Shown here: positions 38,985 through 53,118 of the stretch, piece after piece | Layout: every line of letters begins with the position of its first letter | How positions within the stretch are numbered: the stretch's first letter is position 1 | NCBI GenBank assembly: GCA_965235115.1 | Contig: OZ249436.1 | Location: 19,284,001 to 19,348,000, forward strand | DNA from: Laetmonice hystrix | Lineage: Eukaryota | DNA: 64,000 bases | Reading direction: 5' to 3' | Position numbers and translations under genes: made by a program | Notes under the pieces: model-generated | What the model was told of the DNA's origin: nothing | The model's database searches: none | What the model saw: the letters and a program-made list of their open reading frames with translations, nothing else

Positions 38985-39760
38985 GACCTTTTCTTTCTTC
39001 TTTTCTCCGTGCGTTTTTCCCGGGTTGCCGGAACGTCCTCCACCTCGGGGGGTGGGCCCTACCCTGTTTCCCATTAGTTTTTTTTGCTGCCTTTTGTTGC
39101 ACTTCTATGTTTTAAGAGAACATTTGTGTGGTCAGGGTTTTTGTGTCCTCACCTTTGTGTATTACGGGGTATTGCTCCATGACGTGTTGTTGGGTTTCAT
39201 CCTCATGGCCGCACCCCCTACCATTGAAGATTGTTGTATTTATATTTGTAGTTTGCTTTGGTTTTTGTCATTCTTGTTCTTGTCATGAATAGTGCACTTG
39301 CTTGGTTCCTTGGCAGTTTCTGTAGGTATTCTGGGATTCTTTTCTCTTCTTTATTTTTGTTCGTCAATAGGAATGTCTATTTTCCTTTCTGTTTCTTTTA
39401 TATGGTCATCAATGTTGTTTTTGTTGTTGATGATCTCTCCTAGGTATCTGTATTGTTTGTCGGTTCAATGGTGAAGTTCCCTATAGTTAATGGGGTGTTG
39501 TGGTTTTCTTTGCCTATTATCATCGTTTTTGACTTTTCTCTCCCGAATTCTATTCTTAGGTCGTTCGTCGCGCGGTCGGTTATTGTTAGGAGTGTTTTTT
39601 TGGTCTTCGATGTTGTTTGTTACTAGAACTACATCGTCGACCCACAGGAGGCAGATTAAGTTGCTGTCTATGGAGGTTTCTGGTAGTTCTGTGGCTCGGA
39701 TTATCTCCTTGTTGGTTTCATCCAGGAGTATGGCATATTGTGTTACTGCTAACACCGGAA
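38985..39760 (-). pseudogene. Decayed 3' fragment of a non-LTR retrotransposon ORF2 (reverse transcriptase plus C-terminal CCHC knuckle)
   Basis: The minus strand reads VLAVTQYAILLDE...CLLWVDDVVLVT (RT YADD-box). Frameshifted segments then give KSKTMIIG, YRYLGEIINNKNNIDDHIKE and ALFMTRTRMTKTKANYKYKYNNLQCRGCGHEDETQQHVMEQYP (degenerate C-x2-C-x8-H-x4-C). It ends in an AAG/AAAG-rich tail. Confidence 0.88.
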
Positions 39761-41882
39761 ACTGTCCACCTCGCTCGTCGCAGGGCATACTCACCAGGTG
39801 GCGCCAGTTACTTCCTCTCAACTGGCACTCACATTATGCACCGCTTTACCCCCAAAAATGGGGTTTTCGCGGAGCAATACAGGGATTTCCGGCACAGCTC
39901 ACTCTCTGTTTGGTGCATCCACCATCATAACTAGAACAACTTAGGTGATGAAAAGGATGAATTGTGGTGGGTATTTATAAGAATGATCTTCGTGGCTAAA
40001 TCTAGTTGTTGAAATAAATACAATTTGGTGAGAGAAACGTTTAATCAAAGACAGTTTAAAACTCGTACTGTTTGCAACTCCTCCCCCGCTCGTAGCATGG
40101 TCAACAACAACATTGCGGCCAGTCGACACCTGACAGGAGACTCGGATTAGCAGTAAACGCTTTGTAAGGTGACATCGGTCAATATTAATTCTAGAATCCC
40201 CCTTAATGATTAAAGAGTGTGAGTTATTACTACATTAGCTTTCAGTTGAAACTTGTTACAACTTCAAATTTTACTAAAATCATAACTTTTATTTTCCCCC
40301 GATGGCGGCCGCCATTTTGAACTATTTTTCTCCCGTGAAGCTTTGCACGGTATACGAATGAGGATTTACGGAAATCCGAAGGAGCGCGAGTGTGCGTCGC
40401 AGGGTGGGACAGTTGCGCAGCAACCATTTTTAACGGAATATCCGTTGCAGAATTGGCGTTAATTGTGCGCATGGCATACACTGGTCCCCTGCCTCCTGCC
40501 TACTGCCTCCGCTCCGCGTAGTCAAGAGAACTGAATATAGAATAGCTAATCAGAAAATTCAAGCCACTAAAGATAGACTAGCCAATCCACGCTCTGCTAC
40601 TGCTGCTGCGCTATGAACCGACCTATCCTGGACATGACGTTGGTGGGTCCGCCAGATGGACTACCGGGCATGTGACCCTCCACTTGATTACCGATAGATG
40701 GCGTTCATGTCGCAGGTTGAGGAGGTCGGCAGGTGACGTAGAGGACAACCTGATTACCGCCGTGGGGACGTGTACGCCATCGTATCCCAATTCTGGACCT
40801 ATTAAACCTAATACTAAGAAACCTAATACTAAGGTTAAAACTAAGAATATGTCACTATTCCTATACCACCAAACCCAACCCCCCTGACCTCCAAAAAACG
40901 TATCCCGATTCTGGACCTATCCCTGCCCCTAGCCCCACAATTCCGTGGCAATATTACAAAGGGTGAATAACCAACAAATCGTAGCGCACATTATAATCAC
41001 GTCTTGATCACGTGATGACAGAGGGCCATACTTTGTAACGGCACACACCACGGGCGTCCATTTCTGTAACCACTCCATGGGAGGCCATGAACCAGCACCT
41101 CCGGCCTGTCGTCTGGTTCCAACCTTGTGCTACTGTCTCCGGCCACCAAGACCGATCACAGCTCGGAGTAAGTACTTTCTCTATCGACGCCGGCCTTCTG
41201 TAAGTGTCCTTTCGTCGACATCTGCTGGCGGCCCGAGGGTGGCTTAAAACGAGGCCATCTTCTCCAGTTTGGTGACTAAGGAGCGCAGGCTGCTCCAGCT
41301 TGGTGACTAAGGAGCGCAGGCCTGCATGGAGATATTTAGGTTAAGGCCGATGGCTTAATAGAATTCGCCAAGATAAGGCACATATAGGAGGCATCACAAA
41401 GACTGATATAAACGAAAGTCGGCGCCAGACATTCCCGAGCGAGGCTGGAGGCAGGCTTCACGCTGCCGTACTGCACCCTGGGATCGGGCATGTTTATGTG
41501 TAGGGCTTGTCCGCAATACAATGCTGTTAGAGTAAAAACAAGTGGTGTATGATCGTGAGATACGGCTCCATGATTGCATGCATCATCTCTCGTCTGACAC
41601 AAAAGGTCACAAAAACGATTTAGTCGTCTGTAGTCACGTTTCTAAACGGTTACCAAACGTTTTTGCAAGCTGGGTCATATGACGAGTATTCTTTAGATGT
41701 TAACGGCCTAATCCACTAAGCCGGCCGGCCGGTCAGCCGATTCGGAAATTGCATGGGCGTAGTTGGGCCCATTACAATGAGTGTAGACATAAATAAGGTA
41801 CCTAATATAATGAGCACATACAAAGATATTGCAATATGTTTTCTCATTTTGGTTTACTATGGCCTACACAAACTCCTACATA

Positions 41883-42129
41883 CACTGTAAAAAAAACATT
41901 CGTAGAATAACAGACAAAATTTACGGATTTATTTGGTGTAAATTTATTTTACAGTAGAGTTATCTGTAAAATAACGCAGTAATCTTTACAGTTACAAATA
42001 AAAATGCCATAAAATTGCAAATGTTTCTGTCAAATTTACGTATTTTGCCTGTTTAATTACAGTTATTATACTGGCAGCTGGGACGCCAGTTAAATTAACT
42101 ATAAAAATCCGCAGCTGTTTTTTACAGTG
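41883..42129. mobile_element. CACTA/EnSpm-like MITE (247 bp)
   Basis: TIR CACTGTAAAAAA ... TTTTTTACAGTG, flanked by TA on both sides, with an internal CTGGCAGCTGGGACGCCAG motif. Confidence 0.82.
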
Positions 42130-44611
42130 TATTGTGAACATTGCGGCGCCGGCCCTTTAGTATTCTCCATATCAGACAATGATTCTACACTTGTCACAAA
42201 AGTAAATATAAGATTTTGATGTTATTCTGTTATTCATTGTTGTTACCGTCTCCATGAGCTCAGGCTCGCCCAGGTGTGAAGGTCTTTCGCCTCAGTTGCT
42301 AGGTTTGGTGACTTGATTACACCTTTTATGAGCACCAACTGATGCCGGTCTCAGTTTGTAAGCTTGAAATAAACCCACACTTGTTGTAGTAGTCATTATT
42401 TCCATGAAGAGAGTTGGTCCCTTCACATGCGACTTCATATTTTTACTAATTACAACGGTGTTAATTAGTTCCGAATGACTATGTTTTTCCATGTTTATCA
42501 CCTGGATCATAGGGCATTCTATGTTCAAAATTTGTTTTTCAGCCATAGCCCTCGTTTATTTCACTGCTTACTTTTCGAAATCGACCTTAAACATTTGTCA
42601 TCCTGAATCTTTTTCCAATCACTTTCGCTTCCTGTCTGTCGGTTTACTATCTGCCCCACCTTATCACCTTCATATGCCGAGTTACATACACACGTACATA
42701 GAAGTGAAGTGAAGAGAAGACCAATCGGAGAATATAAATCATTTCCGGTTCCGTTCGCAACTCACCCTTAAATGACAGCGAACAAAGTCCAAGGAAGATT
42801 GTAGTTTTTTCAGCCTTCACAATATAATTCACAACTGTTTGGGTGACATAAAGAATGATTAAAACTTTATATCGAGGACATTTCTGCCCTAAGTCACTAT
42901 TCATTGGACAACGAAGAACGCGCCTACAAGTTCGACAACTTTCTGTTCAGTCAACCATCACCCATAGTGCGGCAGACCCAGCATGCCCTTCGAAATGACG
43001 CGGTCATTCTAGATTATACTCCTACAACATAGACGCTACGTCATTATTCATAAACACCGACTCTTTCACATTTGCCCCGCTGAATGGGCCATGAGCAAGG
43101 ACTGAGACAGGTGCAGAAGCTGTGCTAGGTCGTATTCATCTTCAGGTTAGTGTGCAGCGGTCCGGGATGGGCGCACGCAGAGGGTGTCAGGAACGAGGCC
43201 ATTCCACTCAGCGCCCCTAGCGGACAGCTCCGACAACTACCAAATAGAGCCATTGGCTGCTGCACTGTTCGACCTAAATGAAAACTTAAAAACAGACCAT
43301 CACCAAAAACGGCAATGCATCATCACCTACTGAATACGTTCCCTGCCTATACATCATTATCGACACAGTTCTCGAAACGTAACCTGGACATGATCACTCT
43401 ATATTAAACAGGAAAGCAAATTAAAGTTCAAATATCCTACTGAACTGATGAACTTCCATTTCCGGAATCAGTGACCGCTAGGGTGTCATTTGTGGAGTCG
43501 CGTTTTTTTTCTGTCTGCCAAGGCTTCCAACATTAACAGAAACATATTCTGAACACTAAACGAGTGCACGTTGAAATCATGGAATTTCGCATGGTAATAT
43601 TGATATTACATTAATTGTAAAGGGAGCTGCTTTCAAAGAACTATGACTGTAAAATAGCAGTGGGTTGCCACTGTGTTAAATGAAAGAGGTCATGAGATTT
43701 GTACCAACAGGATCTTACAGTTCACTCCTTGCCTAATTGGGGCCCGAGCAGCATCGATAGCGACAGTGGAAGGTGGAACGGTCGGGGTTTCACGTTTGGT
43801 TTATGGGCGTCAAAGAAGGATTTCCGAGTCGAGTTAAACAAAACCCCACTTATCAGTGGCCTGCGTTTGATCAAAATCAATGCGCCGAGCAATTTCTAGC
43901 CTGCTTGACAAAATGGAGTTGTCACCGGAAATGATTTGGCTTATCTGAGCGCGCCATTTTCTCATCCAGGTCATAAGAAAACAGATCACGTGACTCGTCC
44001 TTAAAGACGCACATGAAGTATATCCATCACCCAGCCCGAAAAAAACATCATTGTCTTATTCGTAGTCCCGGTTTTTATAAACTACATTAATTGTTCTTGC
44101 GATGGCCATATAAAAATCTAAACTTGGGAATGCATAAAAAAGAACGACCCATCTGAACCTTCCCTGGGTCAAGTTATTTGCCTGTTGTTCATTACAGCAT
44201 CCCCACCAACAAAACTAAACAAGTCCCTCATGTAAAGTAACGCCCGTTAGTTCTAGTTTCTCACTTACCCTTCTAAGTGTGTTGGAACGAGCAAAATGTT
44301 ACAAATGATACCATATGTTCCCAAAAGGAGGTTTTTAAACTGTCGCCGAGAAAAAGTGGTGGGGTGCAGCTTTGCCTGGACAATCCCCTGGATAACAGCC
44401 ATCATTACATGGTGACGTATGGAAAGTGGCAGACAGGCAGGCAGGTATATACGCTGAGGATTGTGTTTCATCTTGTGCCTGTATAAGTCACGCAAGCCTG
44501 CAATGATTGCGAAAAGAGGGTCTAATCTGGACCGTCTTAAAACACGCACAAACTCAATTAACGTGTGAAATACAGACAACTGCGCTGGGACCTCATCATG
44601 TTAGCTCGTCT

Positions 44612-44903
44612 AGCTGGGCACCAGGTCATGGTAAGGTTTGGTCAGTCTGGGCACCAGGCCATGTTAAGGCTTGCTCAGTCTGGGCACCAGACCATGGTAA
44701 GGTTTTATTGGCCTGGGCGCCAGGCTGCTATGGCAAGGCTTGGTCAGACTGGGCACCAGGCCTGGTCAGTCTATGCACCAGGGCATGGCAAGGCTTGGTC
44801 AGTCTGGGCACCATGCCACGGCAAGGTTTGGTCAGTCTGGGTACCAGGCCATGGTAAGTCTTGGTCAGTCTGGGCACCAGAGCATGGTAATGCTTGGTCA
44901 GTT
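44612..44903. repeat. ~33-bp degenerate minisatellite (~9 copies)
   Basis: Unit TGGTCAGTCTGGGCACCAGGCCATGGTAAGGCT. Confidence 0.9.
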
Positions 44904-47102
44904 TCACACTGTCTTGGGGTACATCCCTCACATTAAACCAAGCAATCATACGGTTTTTCAATTTCAGTATTTTTATAATGCTAACATCAGTAGGACATGT
45001 CAGCGACTAGTAAGAGGCGTCTTGCATGTAATTTGAATTGAAACTTTCCTTTCTTCCACCCAGAAAGAAACGGTGGCTGCCTCGCACGTTGTCAAGTTTG
45101 GAAAGTTGTAGGCTATACATTATTCAACAGGGTGGTACCACCACAGGATATTATGTAATATATATTATCGGATATACCTAGAGTAAAGGTGCTTACAGTG
45201 AAGTGTATAGAAATGTACCGATAACAAAACCGTTCCATATGGAATTGCTGGCGGAAATAGGATAAGGAGATGTTGGGGGTAGCGAGTCACAATTCGATGC
45301 GTGCCGAATGTAGTTTTATAACTCTGAATGCATAGACAGGACTGGTGCCTGCGGTGAAAGCAACTTCCTGTTTTTACTCAGTGTTGGGGTTGGAGAGGGG
45401 GTTAGGGGGTTATAGGTGCCATGCCCCGCCCCCCCAATTTTTGGATGGTATAGACAAATTTAGTTTCACAATTGAACTATTCATTCAAAACTATATGGAC
45501 CCTCTACCTTTTTCTACTTCCAACATTACTCTTATATAGTCCACGGTAGAACCTGACAGCCTGCTGTAAAATGATGACGTTGATGAGGAAATATCATGAC
45601 AAGCACTCCTCCCCACGTTTCCCCCCTTTCGTAGAACTTGAGTCGTAATTTACTGCTAAAGCTGGCGAGTTGTAAGCTTCCGTCGGTTGGTGGCTTTGAG
45701 TACTGACTCTCGACTCAAGCGCCACCATGACACTGCGCACAGTGGTCACTGAGGTACAATCGATACTCGGCAGACCGTATTTCACGCCATTTGTTCCAGA
45801 ATACCGGGCCCACCATATTTGTCTAAGCTACAAAACCAATTAGATTTGTTTAAGGTCACATTCATAATCCCGTGGCAAGGCGTACACAAAACGTTAATTT
45901 TACTGAAATCAAAGGATTCAAAATTTGGAGAGAGCGAATGAACAAACTAATGAAAACTCGTTGCTCCGTTCCATCTAAGTGATGCTTGTCGAGTTCGTCT
46001 TTGAAGAGACATGAAAAACCGTTCTATTTCGGTCCGCCGTAGGGTCACTACACGACAGACAATGACAATCAAATGCCATGATCAGTATTTCTCCGTGGAG
46101 AGGTGATGCACTCAATTTTGATAGACTGTGTCAGTCACGTGCAAAACGCAACATGATATTAATCAAACGCAGGTCCTTTGAAAAAGGAAGTTAATACGAC
46201 GCAGACGTAATTAAGGCACGCAGAGATAATTGCACGTAGCAAAATCCAACTCCTTAATCCCGCCTTAAAACAGGCATCGACTCGGCCCATCGCATACAGA
46301 TCTGCCAGGGCGCGTCCTACAGCCATATCCGGGCATGTTGCGAGTATATAGGTCAAATTAACTCCAGACTACTGATCGGCGCGCGGAGGATTCTGGACGA
46401 ATCCCCGGATTTAAACCCACTTCCGTCGGCTATAAATAGACCGCGCGTCAGCATCAGACGGTGTTCGATCACCGAAATGAAATGCATTAATTTCTAAAAA
46501 TGCCGCTCGGCGGTCATTGAAGTCGGGGATGGGAATTGGCGCGAGGATCGCTTTAATATCACACTTGCCGAGGACGGGGGGGGGGGGGGGGTTGAGGAGG
46601 AGGGTGTTGGGCGGGGCGGGTAGTGGGGGTTACTAGGGGGAACCGAACTGCTGCACCTCCCCCATCCGCACACTTCATGTATTAATAATATTTAATAGAA
46701 TCATTACGTGATCATATGGAATACTTCAAAACTTTGAAATAGCTATTTTTGATTAAGGCTATGGCTGTTTTCAAGACGATGACAGGAGATGCTCCACATC
46801 ACATAATAACGAACTGTATTATGTTAGCTTACTCTGGAACGATTGTAATTACATTGACGACTGGAGCTGTGGTGTTTGTCTTGACTTGGTGTCAATGTTT
46901 TTAATATTGTCTTATTTACCCATCAAGGCATCCGCAAATTAATCCCTGCGCTGCTCAAACGTCACATTTTAAATACTGGCATGATGATTCCTTTTGTTGA
47001 ATTCTTCGCAAAATATTCTCTAGAAGGGAGAAGACTGTCCGTGACACGTGTGACGATATTTTCTAGGCAGTATAACTGCGTTGATTAATTTAATTCCTAT
47101 TA

Positions 47103-47952
47103 GATGACTAAGATCATCATCTCGTAATGACTACGATCATCATCTCGTAATGACTACGATCATCATCACGTAATGACTAAGATCATCATCTCGTAATGAC
47201 TAAGATCATCATCTCGTAATGACTACGATCATCATCTCGTAATGACTATAAGATCATCATCTCGTAATGACTATAAGATCATCATCTCGTAATGACTACG
47301 ATCATCATCTCGTAATGACTATAAGATCATCATCTCGTAATGACTAAGATCATCATCTCGTAATGACTATAAGATTATCATCTCGTAATGACTATAAGAT
47401 CATCATCTCTTAATGACTACGATCATCATCTCGTAATGACTATAAGATCATCATCTCGTAATGACTAAGATCATCATCATGTCATGACTAAGATCATCAT
47501 CTCGTAATGACCACGATCATCATCTCGTAATGACTCCGGTCATCATCTTGTAATGACTAAGATCATCATCTCGTAATGACTATAAGATCATCATCTCGTA
47601 ATGACTATAAGATCATCATCATGTAATGACTAAGATTATCATCTCGTAATGACTCCGGTCATCATCTTGTAATGACTAAGATCATCATCTCGTAATGACT
47701 ATAAGATCATCATCTCGTAATGACTATAAGATCATCATCATGTAATGACTAAGATTATCATCTCGTAATGACTACGATCATCATCTCGTAATGACTATAA
47801 GATCATCATCTCGTAATGACTATAAGATCATCATCTCATAATGACTAAGATCATCATCATGTAATGACTAAGATCATCATCTCGTAATGACTATAAGATC
47901 ATCATCATGTAATGACTAAGATTATCATCTCGTAATGAATATCATCTCGTAA
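47103..47952. repeat. 23/25-bp minisatellite (~36 copies)
   Basis: Unit AAGATCATCATCTCGTAATGACT(AT). Confidence 0.97.
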
Positions 47953-48987
47953 CGCATGTACGGGATGTCTACAAGGTAGACACATCTACGTGACCGGTGA
48001 CGTCAAAGAGAACGTTCGCTCTGTTTGAACCATTCCGTGATAGCAAGGAGAGCCAAAGAGGCCACTTGAATCAAAATCGATGACGTCACTTCAGTACTCT
48101 GTGACGTCACTGACACAATGTGCGATTTGTTTGGAACGGTTGTAATATACTTCGGTTGCTCCAACGTAACTCCACCGAATCTTTTTATTCTATAAATCTC
48201 AATATTTAACGGATTTTGAAGCAGACGAAATCTAGGGTAGTATACCTGCGTCTCAGAATTACTGTCTGGGAAGAATAACGGGGCCGGATTAATATGTCCC
48301 TTTAATTTTACCATTCACAGTCGCCGGCCAGCATAACTTCGCTACATTATGTTAGAGTCTACGATAATGTTGAAACAGGTCCGGGCATCAGCCCAAACTG
48401 GACAGATGATATGCAGGATTTTGTTTCATCAGTACGTCCTAAATAATAAACAAAGAAACAAGTCAGGGGAGTATAAATGACGTACAAAGTGACGGAATCA
48501 GGAACAACTGTTGGCGGTATCAATTCTTTCTGAGCTAAAAGACAGCTGTTCATTACTAGAGAGTAACTGTTGTAGGGCCTTGCCGTGCACGGCATTATGG
48601 GAGCAGCTATCAAAGTGTGACGTCACAAAGTTTTCATATCACAGCTCAGTTTTGGTACATCAATGAGATATCTGATACTTTCTCACAGTACGCGCTCGTT
48701 TCTATGCTATTCTAGCATGTTATATTGGAAACTCCTTGTAGGGACCTATCTCTGCTATTCTATCATGTTACAATAATAGATAGGGGGTTGTCTCCTGTGG
48801 CCCAGACTTTCACCATGTCTAAATGTTGGCACTGGACGGCCAGCTTAGTGGATACGGCCCAAGTTTTCACTAAACTGGGCCCTTGGGCCGTGGCGACCGT
48901 CAATGTCCGCCAATTGGATCATATTTCAGGGAGGATAACCCAAAATTAGGATTAGGAACTAAAGTCCTCACATACCTAACATAAACA

Positions 48988-49080
48988 GAAGATCATCTCG
49001 TAATGACTAAGGTCATCATCTCCTAATGACTAAGGTCATCTCCCCCTAATGATTAAGGTCATCATCTCCTAATGACTAAG
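48988..49080. repeat. Detached ~4-unit remnant of the 47.1-47.9 kb satellite
   Basis: GATCATCTCGTAATGACTAAGGTCATCATCTCCTAATGACTAAG. Confidence 0.8.
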
Positions 49081-51859
49081 AAAATGGCACAATGAGTCGC
49101 TTCACTTATGTTATGGCTAGAGTTTGAACAATCATGATGACCATGACACGCTACAGTCCTATACAGTATTATGGCACGGTCAGTGTCCAATAACGACGTT
49201 GTTACAGTTACGGTAATGGATCCATTCAGAACTCACCAATCTTACCAATCACATCCAGAATCTTACCAATCTATTTTTGACCTGTCATAATGTGTCATCT
49301 ATTCTAGACCAACTGTTGGTAACGTTGGCTCGATCCTTTTGAATGTAGGGGGTGTATAATTTAATACCCCGTCGACCTTTTTTGTTACGGGTCAACCCAC
49401 TTTGGTGACCTTTAAGACAGTTACGGAATACTTAATATTTCCGGATCCTGTAGTCTCCCTCAACCCTGGAGGCTCCAGGTGACCCAACCAGTGTTTTCCT
49501 GCTCCGGGGAAACCTACCACTCCCTCCTGCATGGCCCCTTCAAGGCAATGTTCCAAAACGTGTCCTTACCTTCCGCGAGTCCTGAGGGCGTAGACTTAAG
49601 TCCGAACGAGTGGGGGCTGCCTAGGTAGTACTGTATGCATATCCCGCCTAGGGGAGCGTGTCCGGCCTGCCGATAACTGTCGGACGGGTTGAGGCCATCA
49701 ACACGTCAATCACAGGTCTCCTCGTGTAGAGAGCTGCCCTCAGATGTCCAATCCCTGCCTTCATTCGGGCGCCACGCACCTGGGTCCAATCCTGGACAGG
49801 TACTTTATACTACGTGACGAGAAAGAAGGCTGTACAGTTTGGCGGCATTTTGACCGCATCAGGCGTTCACTGTGCCTATCTAAACTATGGCAAGTCACAG
49901 GAAAAGTAGGTTAGATGGCTGTGCGTGTCGGCTTCAGGCTCTAGAGGGATGAGCGTTAGGTATGTCGCTGGGTGACCAAGTAGCAGTCAGCCTTGGATAG
50001 GAGGACCCAGCCCGGCTAATGCTAGACAGACTGAGAGTTGCCACAATCACTGCTGGGGTTGGAATGGACGGTTGTGAGGCGCCGCTGCTGCAGCTGTGCG
50101 GGCCGCCGGGAGTCGAGGCCCCAGCAGGCAGGAGGAGACAGTAGCCGGCCGCTCTGTGGTATTAGATCTCGTCTTGTTTACCACACTGGCGCACACTAAT
50201 TCCGGTCTCTGACGGTTAGTGCCTGCATTCATTGAGTCGACCAGACGCCGACTAAACACGATTCGGTCCCGGTGTGGAGCAACTGTTGGCGACGACGGAG
50301 CGTCAACCCACGCCGCGTGTTTTCTCGCGAGAGTCGTGGCGAGTGCCGTTACTTTGATCACACACCCGAGGCGGACGGTCGGACGGGAGGGACGGTCGAT
50401 ACGGACGGTTTGGTCGGCCACTGTCTCATCACAGCCCCGGTCAAAACTCGCACTAAACGGCCAACTGTCACATTCTCCGGTCATTGGCCTGTTGCTTTAG
50501 ATATCTAACCCCCAAATCTATTCCTGAATTGGCCGACAAGTTGAGTCTTTCAAGTCTTTCCAGACCCGGCACAGAGGGGAACAATTAAGCAGTCATGGTC
50601 TCATCATGTGTCTCACGGACAACTTGCTGTGTGTTTGTGAACACGGAGAACACAGCCAGGCCTGTTGAACTACCCAGACCCATTGCTGATTTAATAAGTC
50701 AGTGACAAACCTTTCAACACTTCACAGTTGACCAGACTAGCGTTGTGAGCCGCTCCAAAACTCTACTCTACATATACTACTAACATGATGTGTACGACTA
50801 ACACCAGTTCCTAGGTGTCCCGAAGCTCCGTACCAAAGGTGGTTTCAGAGAGACGTAAAAATGCCCGCCTCGAGAAACCTTGCCCTCAAATCACCTGCCC
50901 TCAAATAAAACCGTTAAATGCGGTAGTTTGACTAGAATGAACTATCAGTAAATAAGTCAATATTATTCTGAATTTGTCAGCGATAACACGCTAACCGCTG
51001 CTGTGCTTGGAAACTCCAGAATCAATCGTCAATCATTAGTCCTGCTGGTAGGATCCATGCAGATGGCGTCGCTTCTCCCCGGAGACGGACGTAGATGTGG
51101 TTTTGATCACGTTAAACATTTAGCGCCTGTTTGCGTTTATTCATGAGTGGATGAATAAATTGGTCCCTTTAATTGATACATGTTAACGAATAAAATGAAC
51201 TCAGGTCAAGAACATTGAGAACAGTCATGAAAACAGTCCCTGTTTTTGAACCTATTTTTGGACTTCTGAGCCGAGTTTCGTTTTGTGAGAAACGCGACCG
51301 TTTGACCTTGCGTGCCTCCTGAATCTTAGGACGTCGAGCAAGGAGAGCAGTGGTTGATCGTCGCGTGACGAACCGTTGGCGAGTACGAAGAATCCGTTTC
51401 CATGACAGACATCATGTTTAAGCTGGATTCACAGAAGTAGGACCGAGGACATCCTTGACCTCTGTGACCTTTCTAGAGAAGGACTGTAGTCGGAAGTAGA
51501 CTTGTGTTAACGAGTATGTGTTTTGCTGTTAATCACTTTCTCTATAGCAGGTGTAGTTACCCCTGACCTTTGGCGATTCAAAATATTTGTTTCCTTTTTT
51601 TTATGTTGAATTGAATGGTCTGAAAGAATATTGACGTTATCTGACTCCTGCCATGAATCACCTAATTACGAGAGAACTCAGCCGAGCGGGCTCGTTTTGC
51701 TTCAATTTCTTTCTGATTTCCTCTGATTAACAGATTCCCAAAATATTCACGACATTTTTAAAGTTCTGTCTCAAAGCCCAACACAAAACCGGTTTTGTTT
51801 CTGTTCACGCTGAGTTTCTGTTCACGCCCAGTCAGTCGGCGAGTTCAGTGATATCGGAC

Positions 51860-52041
51860 AGGTCGGCCAATGGGAAGGATGTGTGTCAACGATCTGAAGC
51901 ATTCACTGGTCGGCCAATGGGAAGGACGTATACCCATCTGAAGTATTCACTGGTCGGCCAATGGGAAGGACGTGTGTCAACGATCTGAAGTATTCACTGG
52001 TCGGCCAATGGGAAGGACGTTTACCGATCTGAAGTATTCAC
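51860..52041. repeat. ~43-47-bp tandem repeat (4 copies)
   Basis: Unit GGTCGGCCAATGGGAAGGACGT...GATCTGAAGTATTCACT. Confidence 0.9.
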
Positions 52042-53029
52042 CATAACAAAGTGAATGTGTAAAAGTGTTGTTTTACGACCTTTCATTCCGAGATGTTCCC
52101 ACCTACGCCTCCTAGCCCCATGAATCCACCCCACCCCACTCCACCCCACCCACCCCATCTACACGTGTGTATGCCCTAATTTCTGGCGCTAGCTTCTATA
52201 ATATAATTATAAACGCATGGAATTTTCAGAAGTTAAATCTATCAAATGGCATGATTGAAGTTGTGATAGCAGCGATCTATAATAGAGATATTGAACAGCA
52301 CAAAGAAGGGGATGTCACCAGCGTTGATGGAACCATTAAACGTATATGAGAAAACTTATCAGGCGTTTGATTAGGAACAGGTTATAAACGATCACCCTAA
52401 TAAATCTCTGAGGCTCTAATTAAACTATATGTATGAAAAGGGCGTCGACAATGGAGCTGTCGATGATTTTGGGCTGTAGGCATGCTGTAGGCAGTCGCAT
52501 ACAGGCCACATGGATAGAATATAACTGTTCGGAAGGATCACAGATATGTCCTCGTCTCCATATTTAGTATTAGTAGATAAGTAATATTTAGTATTAGGAC
52601 ACATAATGTACGAATGATAATGTGTAACCACACCACCCCCTGATTTTATCACATTTGTCAATGGTATTTTAATATCAAAGTATGTTTGGGCGCAACAATA
52701 AAGTATTTCAGGAATGTGGAAATAGGCTATAAATTAGGGCAATACGAGGTGCCCCCAGGTTGTCACGTACTCTATACTATAGGACACTATAAGTAAGATA
52801 CGATGTGAATGTTGTTGCGTTTACGACCGTGACAATACTTTCTCATTGCATAGATAATTACGTCATATATTGTCATCATACGTCATTATGTCCTCCGTTA
52901 TAATCAAAAGGAACGTAGGCCCTAAGTTATTTATTCACGGTGTTCACTGTGTAACGCCTCGCCGCAATCACTTTGTGAGGGTAGACCTGAATAATTGGAC
53001 GAACTCTGATTGTGCCGATTATCATGGTA

Positions 53030-53118
53030 CGGTGTTTTCGTATACTGCCTGCAAAATATGTCCCAATTTCCTTAGTGAGACATTTTTCGTCCGGCAGTTG
53101 CAACGAAAATGTCCCAAT
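53030..53118 (+). mobile_element. Internally deleted copy of the MITE found in the macrosatellite unit
   Basis: TTTTCGTATACTGCCTGCAAAATATGTCCCAATTTCCTTAGTGAGACATTTTTCGTCCGGCAGTTGCAACGAAAAT matches 2163-2238 with few substitutions. Confidence 0.8.

Noticed and set aside
46212..46232. miR-124-like TAAGGCACGC
   Set aside because: Only the first 10 nt match and there is no complementary arm.
48605..48660. miR-2-like hairpin (TATCACAGC seed with upstream ATCAAAGTG)
   Set aside because: Pairing needs a 6-nt bulge, the 3' half differs from miR-2, and the context looks like transposon subterminal sequence.
50047..50508. 145-aa and overlapping ORFs in a GC-rich block
   Set aside because: No recognisable domain or splice structure; such ORFs are expected by chance at high GC.
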